Source of the DNA: Macrostomum lignano | Taxonomy: Eukaryota | DNA length: 64,000 bases | NCBI GenBank assembly: GCA_002269645.1 | Contig: NIVC01002434.1 | Location: 110,080 to 174,079, forward strand | Direction: 5' to 3' | Part shown: piece after piece, positions 25,678-43,153 of the stretch | How the letters are laid out: each line of letters opens with the position of its first letter | Position numbering within the stretch: the stretch's first letter is position 1 | Translations under genes and position numbers: made by a program | The notes under the pieces: generated by a model | The model's input: the letters and a program-made list of their open reading frames with translations, nothing else | Told to the model about the DNA's origin: nothing | The model's database searches: none

Positions 25678-26539
25678 GGTGCTTGAAGACAGAAATTTTA
25701 TATGATTACTAATGTTGCTGCTTTTACTACTTGGGCTTCTGTGTCGCTCTCGGATGTTAATACCAGAAGCTTTATAACTATTTATTGATTGCTACAGTGG
25801 GGGGTTGCCTGAATTTTAAATCAATATTGCAGGCAAATAAAAACGGGGAAAATTATAAAAAAAGCCTCCATATTCCCTCCTTGGTGAATTAGTGAAAAAA
25901 GATTGCTAGATAAAACTGCATGCTAGACAGAACACTGCCAGTTGAACAATCAAGAGAACAACCCCAGCCACGAAGAGGGAGGGAGAAATGGCGCTATGGC
26001 GACAGTAAACTCTCTTCTATTATAGGGAGCAGCGTCTAAAAACCCAGCCGCAGCGACCAATTGAATTTTTGCTGGGGTTACGAGTGGGCGAGTGCGGAGC
26101 CAAGGACTTCTATGGGCTGGTAGGTATCTGGATTGGACACGCCCGAAATTTTGATTCAAGGTACTATTTACTATTTAATGAGCCAATACTGCCCATACCG
26201 CAGGCTCCATATCAGGGGTCGTGGGACGAGTCAGATGCGCTTACTGTCTAGGAGCTTCTGTCTATGGTAAAACCCTATTTGATGCAATGTATTTTAAAAG
26301 TATCCCACTGTTTTACTTAATAATTAATGAGTTTCCAATCCAATTTTCTAGCTCTAATTATTAGCAGTCTTTGGTGGAAACTAACCAAAGTACTTTACGC
26401 GTGTGTAGTAGTGTATTTATTAAAACTACTTACTTAAATTGATGAAGAAAGCTGTATTTTGGCAACAGCCCGAGCTTATAACACTGACAGTGTAGTTACC
26501 TGGGCAAACTGCCGTTCAATAGAGTAGAACGAGTATAAA

Positions 26540-26770
26540 AGAAAAATAGACTCGCTCAATGCGCCTGCCTACTCTAGCTAACTGTGTCAAAATTGAGAGA
26601 ATTGAAGAGAGACAGTCTTCTCGCGCAACTGTGCACTGTGAGCTGGATGCTGGCACAGTTTGCATAGGACTTGAGTCCTTCAAAACATTTCTAGACGAAT
26701 CGCCCACTTACTTATTAGGTCTATTCAGAAACAAGCTTTCTGCGAGAAACTGTCAGGAGCACTCAAGCTA
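26540..26770 (+). mobile_element. Possible degenerate LINE (CR1/L2-like) 3' remnant
   Basis: Frame reads RLPTLANCVKI...TVHC...SPTYLLGLF, loosely like the post-RT tail of CR1/L2 ORF2. Weak. Confidence 0.25.
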
Positions 26771-26992
26771 TAAAGAAGAAATTGCTTCTTGGAAGCTTGT
26801 AAGCTTCTGGACGCTTTCCAAAATTTTCTGCTTTTTTAGTTTTTAGAATTTTACAGCAAGCTAATTATTGGTGAAATTTGTTGTCTCTTTACTTACGGTG
26901 TTGGCTTGTTGAATTTGCTGTCGAGATGCTGGTATAGCGAGTTTTTCTGCAATTTTTTATATGATACCTCAGTAAAGTCACTTTAATATCAA

Positions 26993-28075
26993 TATAATGG
27001 ATTGCTAATCTATAGCCCATATCTGCTGGGTGAAGGAACAGAATGGATAGCTAATCTATAGCCATATCTGCTGGGTGAAGGAACAGAATGGATTGCTAAT
27101 CTATAGCCATATCTGCTGGGTGAAGGAACAGAATGGATTGCTAATCTATAGCCATATCTCCTGGGTGAAGGAACAGAATGGATTGCTAATCTATAGCCAT
27201 ATCTGCTGGGTGAAGGAACAGAATGGATTGCTAATCTATAGCCATATCTGCTGGATGAAGGAACAGAATGGATTGCTAATCTATAGCCATATCTGCTGGA
27301 TGAAGGAACAGAATGGATTGCTAATCTATAGCCATATCTGCTGGGTGAAGGAACAGAATGGATTGCTAATCTATAGCCATATCTGCTGGGTGAAGGAACA
27401 GAATGGATTGCTAATCTATAGCCATATCTGCTGGATGAAGGAGCAGAATGGATTGCTAATCTATAGCCATATCTGCTGGGTGAAGGAACAGAATGGATTG
27501 CTAATCTATAGCCATATCTGCTGGGTGAAGGAACAGAATGGATTGCTAATCTATAGCCATATCTGCTGGATGAAGGAACAGAATGGATTGCTAATCTATA
27601 GCCATATCTGCTGGATGAAGGAACAGAATGGATTGCTAATCTATAGCCATATCTGCTGGGTGAAGGAACAGAATGGATTGCTAATCTATAGCCATATCTG
27701 CTGGATGAAGGAACAGAATGGATTGCTAATCTATAGCCATATCTGCTGGATGAAGGAACAGAATGGATTGCTAATCTATAGCCATATCTGCTGGGTGAAG
27801 GAACAGAATGGATTGCTAATCTATAGCCATATCTGCTGGGTGAAGGAACAGAATGGATTGCTAATCTATAGCCATATCTGCTGGATGAAGGAACAGAATG
27901 GATTCTTAATCTATAGCCATATCTGCTGGGTGAAGGAACAGAATGGATTGCTAATCTAGAGCCATATCTGCTGGGTGAAGGAACAGAATGGATTGCTAAT
28001 CTAGAGCCATATCTGCTGGATGAAGGAGCAGAATGGATTGCTAATCTATAGATATATTTGCTGGATTATGAAATA
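26993..28075. repeat. 45-bp minisatellite (gaatggattgctaatctatagccatatctgctgg[g/a]tgaaggaaca)
   Basis: Highly homogeneous tandem units; 45 bp = 15 codons, which explains the 294-aa ORF. Confidence 0.97.
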
Positions 28076-28624
28076 AAATGGATTGCTATTCTTTTTAGGT
28101 AATATTTAAGTGTCGATCTAAACCTCCATTTCTTCGTATATTTTAGAGCAGTCCCGAACGCCTCTACTCAAATAAGTAGTGCAGCATGAAATCTACTAAA
28201 AGCTGTCACTCACAATAAGTCTGCTGCCACCTGACTGGTCAGCGCCTGGCACATTCTTCTTCAAGCCTCTGGCCACCTCTGACCAGATGTTCGGCTGCCG
28301 TTTCTCCTGCTCATCCCGGGTGTCAGACATCACTCGGTCTACAGCGCCTCGAAGTTTGGCCAACGACGAGCTGCTTGCTTCTGCAGCCACCGTTTAGTGA
28401 TCGAAATTTGAAATTCTATTTAGTATAGCGAGTGGCAAACTTTAAAAAGCAGGACGAAAACTATAACGTCCTTGTTGAATCAAATTAGAGTGAAATACTT
28501 GTATGAGGGATGCTAATATTTTTAGTAGCGTGAACGAATGCGATATTTTCGAAGTGAACTAACTATTCGAGACTGACCTAAAATGTAAGCGACTAGAGTG
28601 TGACCAACAAGAAGTAATATGCTA

Positions 28625-29110
28625 TAGAGTGTGACTGGCAGTGAGTGACCTTCTAGAGTGTGACTGGCATTCAGGGAGTGACCTGCTGGACTGTGACTGG
28701 CAGTGAGTGACCTGCATCAGTGTGACTGGCAGAGAGTGACCTGCATCAGTGTGACTGTCAGTGAGTGGCAATGAGTGACCTGCTAGAGTGTAACTAGCAG
28801 TGAGTGGCAATGAGTGACCTGCTAGAGTGTGACTGGCAGTGAGTGGCAATGAGTGACCTGCTAGAGTGTGACTGGCAGTGAGTGGCAATGAGTGACCTGC
28901 TAGAGTGTGACTAGCAGAGAGTGACCTGCTAGAGTGTGACTGGCAGAGAGTGACCTGCTAGAGTGTGACTAGCAGTGAGTGACCTGCTAGAGTGTGACTG
29001 GCAGTGAGTGACCTGCTAGAGTAGTGACTGGCAGAGAGTGACCTGCTGGAGTGTGACTGGCAGAGAGTGACCTGCTGGAGTGTGACTTGCAGTGAGTGAC
29101 GTGTTAGAGC
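28625..29110. repeat. ~29-39-bp minisatellite (gtgtgactggcagtgagtgacctgctaga)
   Basis: Direct observation. Confidence 0.9.
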
Positions 29111-30073
29111 CTGACTGGAAGTGTACAGTAAGAAGATAAATGCCAAGTAAATACTGTTTTGCTATCCCAGAAGTATGTGTACTTCACTCAGCCTTCGAGA
29201 GATGTCTCAAAGTGACCTAAGGGGATCAAAGTGATCAAATCACTTGAGGGCTACAAGCATGCAAAGCTTCATATTCAGCCGCTTACCCATTTTTTTTCTA
29301 CAGTGCCCTTCAAAGCGGTTGTCAATGCAGAGATCAAAGTCTGTCTGACGCGCTAGCCTGTGCGAGAACTGACTGAGTACACAAACTGTCTTTCTGAACT
29401 CTCTCTTATCTACCTGAGCAGCTAATATAACAATTATACAAGTTAATAGAAACTAATATTGAGTAGACTCCCCCCTAGGGCCATTGGTCTGGCGCTGTTT
29501 AATACGGACCGAAGCGGAGGCTCAGTATTCTGCAGCTGCAATTGTGCACTTCTGTTCTACTCAAAACTTCGACTCAAAGCGCGAGAGCCCCCAGCACCCC
29601 TCATCTCTTCCACATCTCATCCAGTCCAGCAACCCCCGCAGTTTTATTACCTCCAACAGCAGTTGCCCAGAGTAAACAGATGTCTTATCTTTGAGTACGT
29701 ACTCTCAAACTGAAAATTTCTCAAAAAATAGAATTTACATATCTCAGGCGGGACGAAGTATTTTATAATTAATTCTGGACCGCTTCATTATTCAAACATA
29801 TAAGTACGTTATTTCAAGAGAAATTATTCCGGAAATTTATTGTAGAAATTAATTTATTCAACAGAATGCCGCGTGCAGCTCCCTTTGTTTTTGTCACGCG
29901 TTTAATCAATCAGAAATTTTTTTGGCTTGCAAATACCTTTGTTAGAACTATGATTTTTTCAGGTGCTCTTTTTACAACAGTTGAAAGACAGACAGTCTCC
30001 GCTTCATCTACTGCTAGTCTGGTGGTCAAGTTGAAAGTACCATGCAAAGTTGACGAAACTTCCTGACCAACTC

Positions 30074-34781
<4,708 letters not shown>

Positions 34782-36679
34782 TGTCCAAGCCGAGTCTGAA
34801 AGGCAGTGTGCATGGCTCATATTTTAGGTTTTTTAACTACGTGTAACTCGTCCTCAACCTCAACAGCATTGAATCCTAAACAGCGCAGAACACATTTCTA
34901 ACCAACAATTACCGCATGATTCTCATTTCAAAAAGGAACGAACCGAGCAGTACAATGCTTGAAACTATCTGAGAAAGGTGCCTCATTAGGCATTTCCGTG
35001 ATCTACAGCTATAGTGCAAAGAGCGTGACGGGGGTGCAACCGGAGTGACGTCCCTAAATCCTTCATCTTTTCTGCTTTTTTTTCAAAGGAGATTAGCTTA
35101 GCTAGTCGAAAATGTCTCTTGCCTGGGCAGTCAGGCCTTGCATAAATGATGAGCAGTTGCTCAAACTGCATCGTATATCACTTTTAAAGCTTCTAGCTCT
35201 CTACTGCTACTGAATCACTCGCCGAATATCTTGCTTTTTCAGCTGGTGTTTTAAATGACAATGTCAGGCAGAAAAAGGATCTTACCTGATCTTACCTCAG
35301 GTAGCTGATTATTCGCAAATATCAGCGAAGACAGAGACAGGAAAAGGCAGAATTTATCGAGCACAGGTTTTGCCAGTCAGTTTTGCTATTGGCAGATGCT
35401 GGCCATGCAGAACCTGAGATCTACCGACCAATTGGAGAAGAGAATAACAAAAATGATTGAGTTTGAGGCAATGCTAGCTGATTTTGCTGTTGAAGAACAT
35501 TTCTAAAGAATCATTTTTTTATAATTCAATAAAATTATTAATCCCGAATTCAGATCCTTGGATTCAGTAGCCATCACAATCCAGTTTAAAATATAGGCAG
35601 AATTTTATGATAAAACGAAAGAAAGAATTTACATTGAATCAGTATAAAAACTTAATCTAAACTAAAGCACAGAGAGCAGTCATCCACTGTAGTAAAAAAG
35701 TCTTTAAAGTGAAAAAGAAATCGGAAAAATTTGAAAAGATTTCAAGCAAAACTGGTGTCACTTCGGTCTCTTGAACTTCCTGTCCTTGGCGCCGACCTCG
35801 CACAGCTGGAGCACTCGGGCCGGCGTCAGCGGCAGCTCGAACGTCAGGTTCACGTCCGGCTTTCCCTGCTGCTTCCGGAAGGCCTCAATCGCTCTCTTGA
35901 TGGCGGTGACGCAGGTGGCCGCCAGACCGAGCGGCGGCTCCCCGATCGCCTTGGTGCTGAACACGCTGTCGGTGTCTCCCGGCTTCTTCAGCAGGTGGAC
36001 GCGGAAGTCGCGCGGCACGTCGGCAGCTTGCGGCGGCTTATAGTTCCAGGTACCGTCGGCCAGGTTTCGCCCGGTGTCGGAGTCGTACACGGTTCTCTCA
36101 GTCAGGTAGTAACCCATGCCGAACACGTAGGCGCCCTCGATCTGGCCAATGTCCACGCCAGGGTTGAGGCTCTTGCCGATGTCCATCGTGATGTCGGACC
36201 GCAGGACGACGTACTCGCCGGTGAGGATGTCCACCTCCACCTCGGCCGCGCCAACGCCGAGGGTAGAGTAGCGAGCGTGCTGGCCTTCACGGTCCTTAGG
36301 ATAGTAGCTGTGAATCGGTTAGGTTTAAGTTAACTTTTTACAATTCTTTAGGTAAATTTTGTCTGTTTCTAATCAAAAAAAAAGTTTTCAGGGATTCGAA
36401 GGAAAAGAGCTGTTTTCACGAGTATTGACTGTCTATTCTGTGACAGTGTCGTACAGTTATAGTTGGTTTTGTATCGACAGCGTCGCAGAACCCTCCCACC
36501 GCTTCTGAGGACGTACTGCTCTGTCTCACATTCATCAGTGCATCTACACCTTTTAGCTGCAGCGCGTTGAAGCAGTCACCTCTGCATGGACTCGCCAGGT
36601 GCACGAACTGCGATATTGAGTCCTATCACCGAGGTCTGTCACGACTAATTAAGACAACACACCTTAATTTGTGGCTTTA

Positions 36680-36817
36680 CCATAGACAGTCTTGTGAAAG
36701 CGATCAAGACACATCTGCTACACCTTTCTGCGTCTTATTTCGATAAAACTGCATTCAATATCGACATCGTATATTCGATATCGGCAGCTAGCGCCTCGTG
36801 CGGCAGACTGTCTATGG
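36680..36817. mobile_element. 138-bp mini-element with 13-bp TIRs ccatagacagtct / agactgtctatgg
   Basis: Perfect 13-bp inverted termini; no TSD recognised. Confidence 0.6.
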
Positions 36818-37092
36818 AAACTGCACTCAATTTCGCCAGCGCCAATCTAAAAGGAAAATAAAGACAGAATAGTGGGATTTCTTAGAGTCTGCACAAGTAC
36901 TGCATTTGGAGTACAGTCCCTACCTCGATTTTTACCATAGAGAGTCCATGCAAGCTGAAAGTCGGCAACCCACCATTTTGCAGCAGCAACCAATTTTCTT
37001 GAATTCATCATTACTGTTCCCTGACCTCTAAGTACGAGCTAATGTACATGTATTTAAATCGAAGCTTTTGCTTTCATACCAATTTCAAAAAA

Positions 37093-37416
37093 GGGCTTGT
37101 AGCCTAGTTTTTAGATCATCGGATTCACGACTTGAAGGTCGGGGGGTTCGATTCCTGATCTAACTGGAACAATTTGTGTCCTTGAGCAAGACACTTAACT
37201 CTGCATTGCTTCAGTTCACCCAGCTGTAAAATGGGTGCCAGCATTAGCTGGGGTAATTGAGGGTGTGTGGCGACCCCCCAGTCCTTGGACTGAACAGCCG
37301 TACGCAGCCTTCAGATGCGCCGCGCAATAGCTGCGGCTGAGCTGTCGGTTGCACATCTGGCCCAATTGGGGCAGGCGTAATCAATTACTATTATAATAAT
37401 AATTATTATTATTATT
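37093..37416 (+). mobile_element. tRNA-derived SINE (family A), copy 1
   Basis: A-box-like tagcctagt, B-box ggttcgattcc, core gtgtccttgagcaagacacttaac...cccagctgtaaaatgggt, and (tta)n tail. A second copy lies at 38688-38978. Confidence 0.8.
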
Positions 37417-38687
37417 AAAATTTCATATCGCGCTTCGCTCCGGTTTTTTATTTTACTTTTAATTGCTCGACTTTGTATTTCATCTGGAAATATATATTAC
37501 GACTCGTTTCGCATGCTTGTTATTGCAAGATTTTCTCTCTTTTTCTCTGACGGGAGGTGACTACAGTGAAAATTGTGTCACTGCTGCTTCTACTGCTAAA
37601 TTTTTGAAGACGTAGCCGGGTTAGGTTGGCAGATGAGCTCTCTGGACTCTCTGGAGCCTCGAAAGTAAGTCGGCCAAAGCTGAAACGCATTATTCGTAAA
37701 AAAATTACTCGCAATTTTTTTGGTTCCGTTTTCTAAACATAATGAATTTGAGATCAAACGCTGAACAGGTGTGGTAATTAAAGCTTTTTGCTTGGTTTTC
37801 ACACATTCTGGATATTTATCTGCTACAGATCTTCTCGAATTTGATGCCCGTGTCTGCATTTTCAAAGCAAGTAATTGGCATATAGGTCCAATTCAATTAC
37901 TCACGTTCCGAAAGCCTTGAGCAGTACGCCCGAGTTGATGGCAGTCGATACCAGCTCAAGCCAATTCGCCTCCGGCTTGGTTAATTTAATTGGCAACAGC
38001 CGCTCTCTGATTTGACTGCCAGCAACCTTCGCGGCCATGGCGTTGAGCTCGCTGGTAGCGCTGCCACCAGTTCCGTCCATCTGCGGCAGCAGCATGCTAT
38101 CTGTCGGTTTGGTCTTCACCATGTCGAGCGCAGCACCAAACTCGGCCAGTTGAGCAACAGCCGCTTGAGCAACTTTCGTGGTCAGACCCTGGCCCATCTC
38201 GGCACCGCAGTGCACAATAGAGATGCTGCCGTCAATGAGCACAGTGACATCTACCTGAGGTATTCCGAACCTCTCGTAGGACACCGGATAGGATATTCCG
38301 GACATGTCTATGCCGCGTTTTCTGTACAAGTTCTCCTATTTTAATTTATTATAAAGGAGGGGTTACAGCTCGTGCTTGAATGAAATAACTATAGCTGAAT
38401 ATACAGCTTTGAGTTAGCTCACCTTATTGAACTGCTCAACACGTTTTCTTCGCTTGTCAATATCAGCTGCAATGCTGAGCTCATCCCACATTCGCGCCAT
38501 GTTGTCGTCGGGCCGTTTTAGACCGGTAAAGTCAGTCTGGACGGAGTTTAAGTAGGTAATTAAAAATGTGTTCTTTAAGATGTGCTCTGTACTGCAATTG
38601 TGACAAGTTGAGACGGCCGTTGACAGTGGATCATGATGGATCACACCTGTTGACAGCGGCTACAGGTAATTTTACACCCAAACATGT

Positions 38688-38978
38688 ACATATAATAATA
38701 ATATTTGAATGTCCCTATGACACCTGCCCCAATGGCCCCGCGCATCTGAATGCTGCGTACGGCTGTTCAGTCCAAGTCCAAGGACTGGGGGGTGGCCACA
38801 CACATCCACTCAATTACCCCAGCTAATGCTGGCACCCATTTTACAGCTGGGTGAACTGAAGCAATGCAGAGTTAAGTGTCTTGCTCAAGGACGCAAATCG
38901 TTCCTAGTAGGTAGAGAATCGAACTCCCGACCTTTCAGTCATGAGTCCGACGCTCTCTGACCACTAGGCTAAACGACG
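38688..38978 (-). mobile_element. tRNA-derived SINE (family A), copy 2, inverted relative to copy 1
   Basis: Reverse complement matches 37093-37416 (e.g. cccagctaatgctggcacccattttacagctgggtgaactgaagcaatgcagagttaagtgtcttgctcaaggac). Confidence 0.8.
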
Positions 38979-39587
38979 CTGCTAAACGATCGATAGTAAA
39001 ACTACGAGCTAAGAATATCATCTTAGAATGCAATCAGAAGTATTGCACCTGACTGACTTACCTGACCGGCACAGTACAGGTTCCTTCTCTTGAACTCAAT
39101 AGGATCCAATTTCAACTCGTGAGCCAGGTGATCCATCATGAGCAGGCTAAATACTGCTGCGGGCGCCGAGCCCGGACATCGCATGGACGTTGTCTGTGGC
39201 TTATTAGTCTTCAAGAACAGCAGATCCCGCTTGTAAGTCGGCGAATAGAACGCCTGATCCAGGGACTGGTCGATTTCGTGTCCCAGAATCACGATAAAGT
39301 TGCACGAACTGCCGGCATCGACAATTGACTGCCAGTGAACGCTCATTAACTGCCCGTCGGCGGATGCTCCAGCTCTGTATTTGGCCATCACAGTCGGTCG
39401 CTTCTGTCCGCATTGAGCCAGCGTGTCCAGGCGCACAAACATGCGACACGGCCGGTGAGTGATGTCGCAAGCGATGGCGCACACAGCAACTGCGTGGTCA
39501 ACCTTGTTGTCGATTAAGATGATGTTTGCAAAAATGTGAGTCCTGCCGAATTAACTCGATTGCTGATAGAAGCTCGTAGTCGCTGGG

Positions 39588-40032
<445 letters not shown>

Positions 40033-41961
40033 TCGTGAACTACACATTTTTGAGCAAAGAACTCACTAAGCTTTTTATCCAAGACTTTTTAAAATGATCA
40101 GTTTGTTCATTAGAAGCAATCAATCAGTAAATATTGATGTACAAACCATGAAAAACTTTCCACCGAAGCCGCCGCCAATTCTCGGACAGATCACTCGAAA
40201 CTGATGCTGCGGTCGACGCATGACTTTGGCCAGCACCGCGGCCACAATCTCTGCCCACTGATGCGGCGCGTTCACTACAAAACCTTCCTCGGTTTGGCGG
40301 ACACTCGCGGTGATCGACTCCATGAAAAAGTGCATCTGCTCACCCACAGAAATCTCACCTTCTACTTGAACCGGCTGTTCGCTTAAGGCAATATCGGGGT
40401 CCAGTTTAGAAACTTTCTGAGTATCGTGAAAGTAAATTGACTTCTTTTTGAATGCTTCTGTTGGGTGCAGAATCGGTTCCGACTTTCCGGGTTCGTATCG
40501 GACAGCCACCAGACTGGCCGCTCGGTCGGCGGCCCACTGCGAGTCAGCCGCAGCCACGGCTATGGGCTGACCGGCGAATGCCACGTCGGACGAAGGAAAA
40601 ATTTCGTCTGTTTGCCTTGGAAATTTTTTTCTGTGTTATAAATGGAAATTACGCACCTGTGCATCTCTGAAGCTATAGTATTACGAGTACTTACGAATCC
40701 TTTGGGAAAATAGGCAAGCTAATATTATTGTTGTATCTTCCTTCCAGGTCACTGACAGACAGTAAGCGCTGATACCCAGGAACATTCTAAAACGGAAAGC
40801 AAGAGATACTTCCAATCAGCTACTAAGGCACATTTGTCGTTGGTCGTAATCTTAGAGACTACTTGGATTGTTAATGTTAAATAACCTCAGCTTCCTCAGT
40901 GTCGAAACCGGTGACCTTGATGGCGGCCTCGGGAGCCAGAACGTAGGCCAAGAACAGCTCATTTGCGTGAGCTGGGTAGTCGTTCACGTAGGTGGCCTCG
41001 CCGGATGTCTGCGCCTTGGACTCGAGCTTCCTGACCGACTGGCCCAGCGGTGCCGGCTGAAGCTCTTCGACAAAGTCCTGCTCGCCCCTCTGGAGAGGCC
41101 GGGTGAGGACGGGACCGCCCGAGCGAGCGGCGCCTTCCACAGCGTCGCTGCCGATGTCCAAGATGGTCTTGTAGAGAAGGTTCACGGCCAGCTGTCGACG
41201 GTGCTCGGGTGAGGAGGCGGTGGCTTCCTCGACCGGCACCACCTCCGACTCGAGCACCTTTAGTGCCGCTGTGAGGATTAAAATGCTTGAGTAAAATAAT
41301 AATCTTATTATCATTGAAAATAATATTGTTTTAAGTTTTCATAAGCTTACACTCCACAACTTCTGAATCCATCAGGCTCTTGTGCAGAAGAAAGTTCTCT
41401 GTCCCCGTGGCTCGATTCTACGACAAAAACGTACACAAAAATTAAGCTGTGAGGCTACTAAAGCTACAGAACTACAGAACCACATGCAGTGCTTACAAAT
41501 TTGTCAGAAATTCCTCCAATAACAATAGTAGGACGCTCAATCACAGTGTAGTCTTTTTTCTTATTAACGGCAAGCTGGAACGCTCCGTTGACGTAGGCAT
41601 GAGCGTTCTGCAAAACGTGGAGAGTGACATTTTATATACTAGAGCAGTGAAAAAGAGCAAGATAATGTTGCACGTGTAACTCACAAGCTGACGCGGCGTG
41701 ATCTTGAACGACCTGTAGAAGTGCTGGTCCGTCGAGATCGCCGGCAGCTTGGCCGACACGATCACCTTCCCGCGCATGTCCAGCCTCAGAAAGTCGGTCA
41801 GCACGTGATCCTGAGTACCCTGCTCATCCGCCACCTTGATCACGGTCTTGGCCGCCTCCAGTGTGATAAACACGTCCGACGGAAAGTCCTGGTGTCGGTG
41901 CTTCATCATGAGGTTTCCAGCCCACGACGCATTCGCGCGAACGGCCTGATTGGCTACCTGC

Positions 41962-43153
41962 CACAGAATATAGACAGAATGCCCGATCGGCTGTCGCGGG
42001 ATGTTTGGAAATTAATATGCAAACAAACTACTTTTGTGGTGAAGCGGAGCATTAGTTATGAAAATTCGATATGCATATATATATTTATAATATATGTTGA
42101 CTCTGCGTATGATTCTATAAACTTAGATACTGCTTCAGAATTTAAAATTAACAGGTTTGGCAGTGCCTAGGCTGATTAATGATTGATTCCAGGCTTTCCT
42201 AGTTCTACTTGAGCCACAGCAACGATATCTGCCCAGTTTGCAGTTTTTCGAGTGCCGCTATAATCAAATTCAATGCAATGCTTATGCAGAGCATTTCGCA
42301 TGTTCTTTAAGCAATGAGGAACATCGATTTAAGCTGGAATCAGTGACTGAACTCCGTCTACTTCGATGCACACGGAAGGGCGATCAGGATTCGCCCCTAA
42401 CTGTCGCAAGCACTGCCACTGAGTAGACTCCTGGTCACACACGATGCCGGAAAGCGTGAGTCCCATTCTGTTAACTGCAGCGGTAAGGTTCTGCTGTTTC
42501 TTTGTACGAGCGTACAGCTGGAGCGTCGGGTATGCCGTGGGCATCAGTCTGACCCCAGGCTCATGTCTCTGGTCAGGACACACGTACATGCTGTCGGGAA
42601 AATGGTGGCTGCACACGACAGCGTTCTTCCACCTCGCTTCGTTTTTCTTGCCCAAGAGGTCTGATCGGAAAATGCGCCGAGCCCAATCTTCACACCTACA
42701 GTAGTTAGGTTTCAGTGAATGACTGTGTGGCAATAGCAGGCAAGTCACGCATGTACATGAACATACCTTTCACGGTTTTCTGGGAAACGATGAAATCTCG
42801 TTTGTGCAGGACATTTGTTTGTGTAATTCTGGCAGCCATAAGCAGCGCATTGCCTTCTTGATGCTGTCATAATGTTAAAGTTGTCTCTGTTAATGCCTTC
42901 GTTGCTGCCAATCACTGCCTTATTAATGTCAGTAGCAGCAGCCGCTGCCACAGAATATACTGTATATTCTATGGCATCGGCTGCTGCTACTCGCAGTCTC
43001 AGTCGTCTATGGCAGAACCTTTCCGAGCCGCATACGAGTAAGTATAAGTGACTACTATCTTTCTTCACCACAAAAGTAGCTAAACATGCAAATACTTTTT
43101 GCGGCAGATTTTTCTGCGAGAGGGCTGATCGGCCATTCTGTCTATATTCTGTG
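41962..43153 (-). mobile_element. Internally deleted P-superfamily DNA transposon encoding a THAP domain
   Basis: 27-bp TIRs CACAGAATATAGACAGAATG(C/G)CCGATC and a perfect 8-bp TSD ctacctgc (41954-41961, 43154-43161). The homologous site in copies 2 and 3 has a single ctacctgc. Spliced ORF 42870-42767 + 42695-42329 gives C2CH THAP (CAAYGC...FHRFP...W...VVCSHHF...LMPTAYPTL) followed by a P-transposase-like segment (GLTLSGIVCDQES). Confidence 0.9.

Noticed and set aside
26495-26508. RFX X-box-like gttacctgggcaaa upstream of the candidate WD40 start (similar motifs at ~29662 and ~52123)
   Set aside because: Imperfect matches; the transcription start is unknown, and such matches arise by chance.
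37093-37170. tRNA gene
   Set aside because: tRNA-like head continues into a SINE body and tail; no acceptor stem closure.
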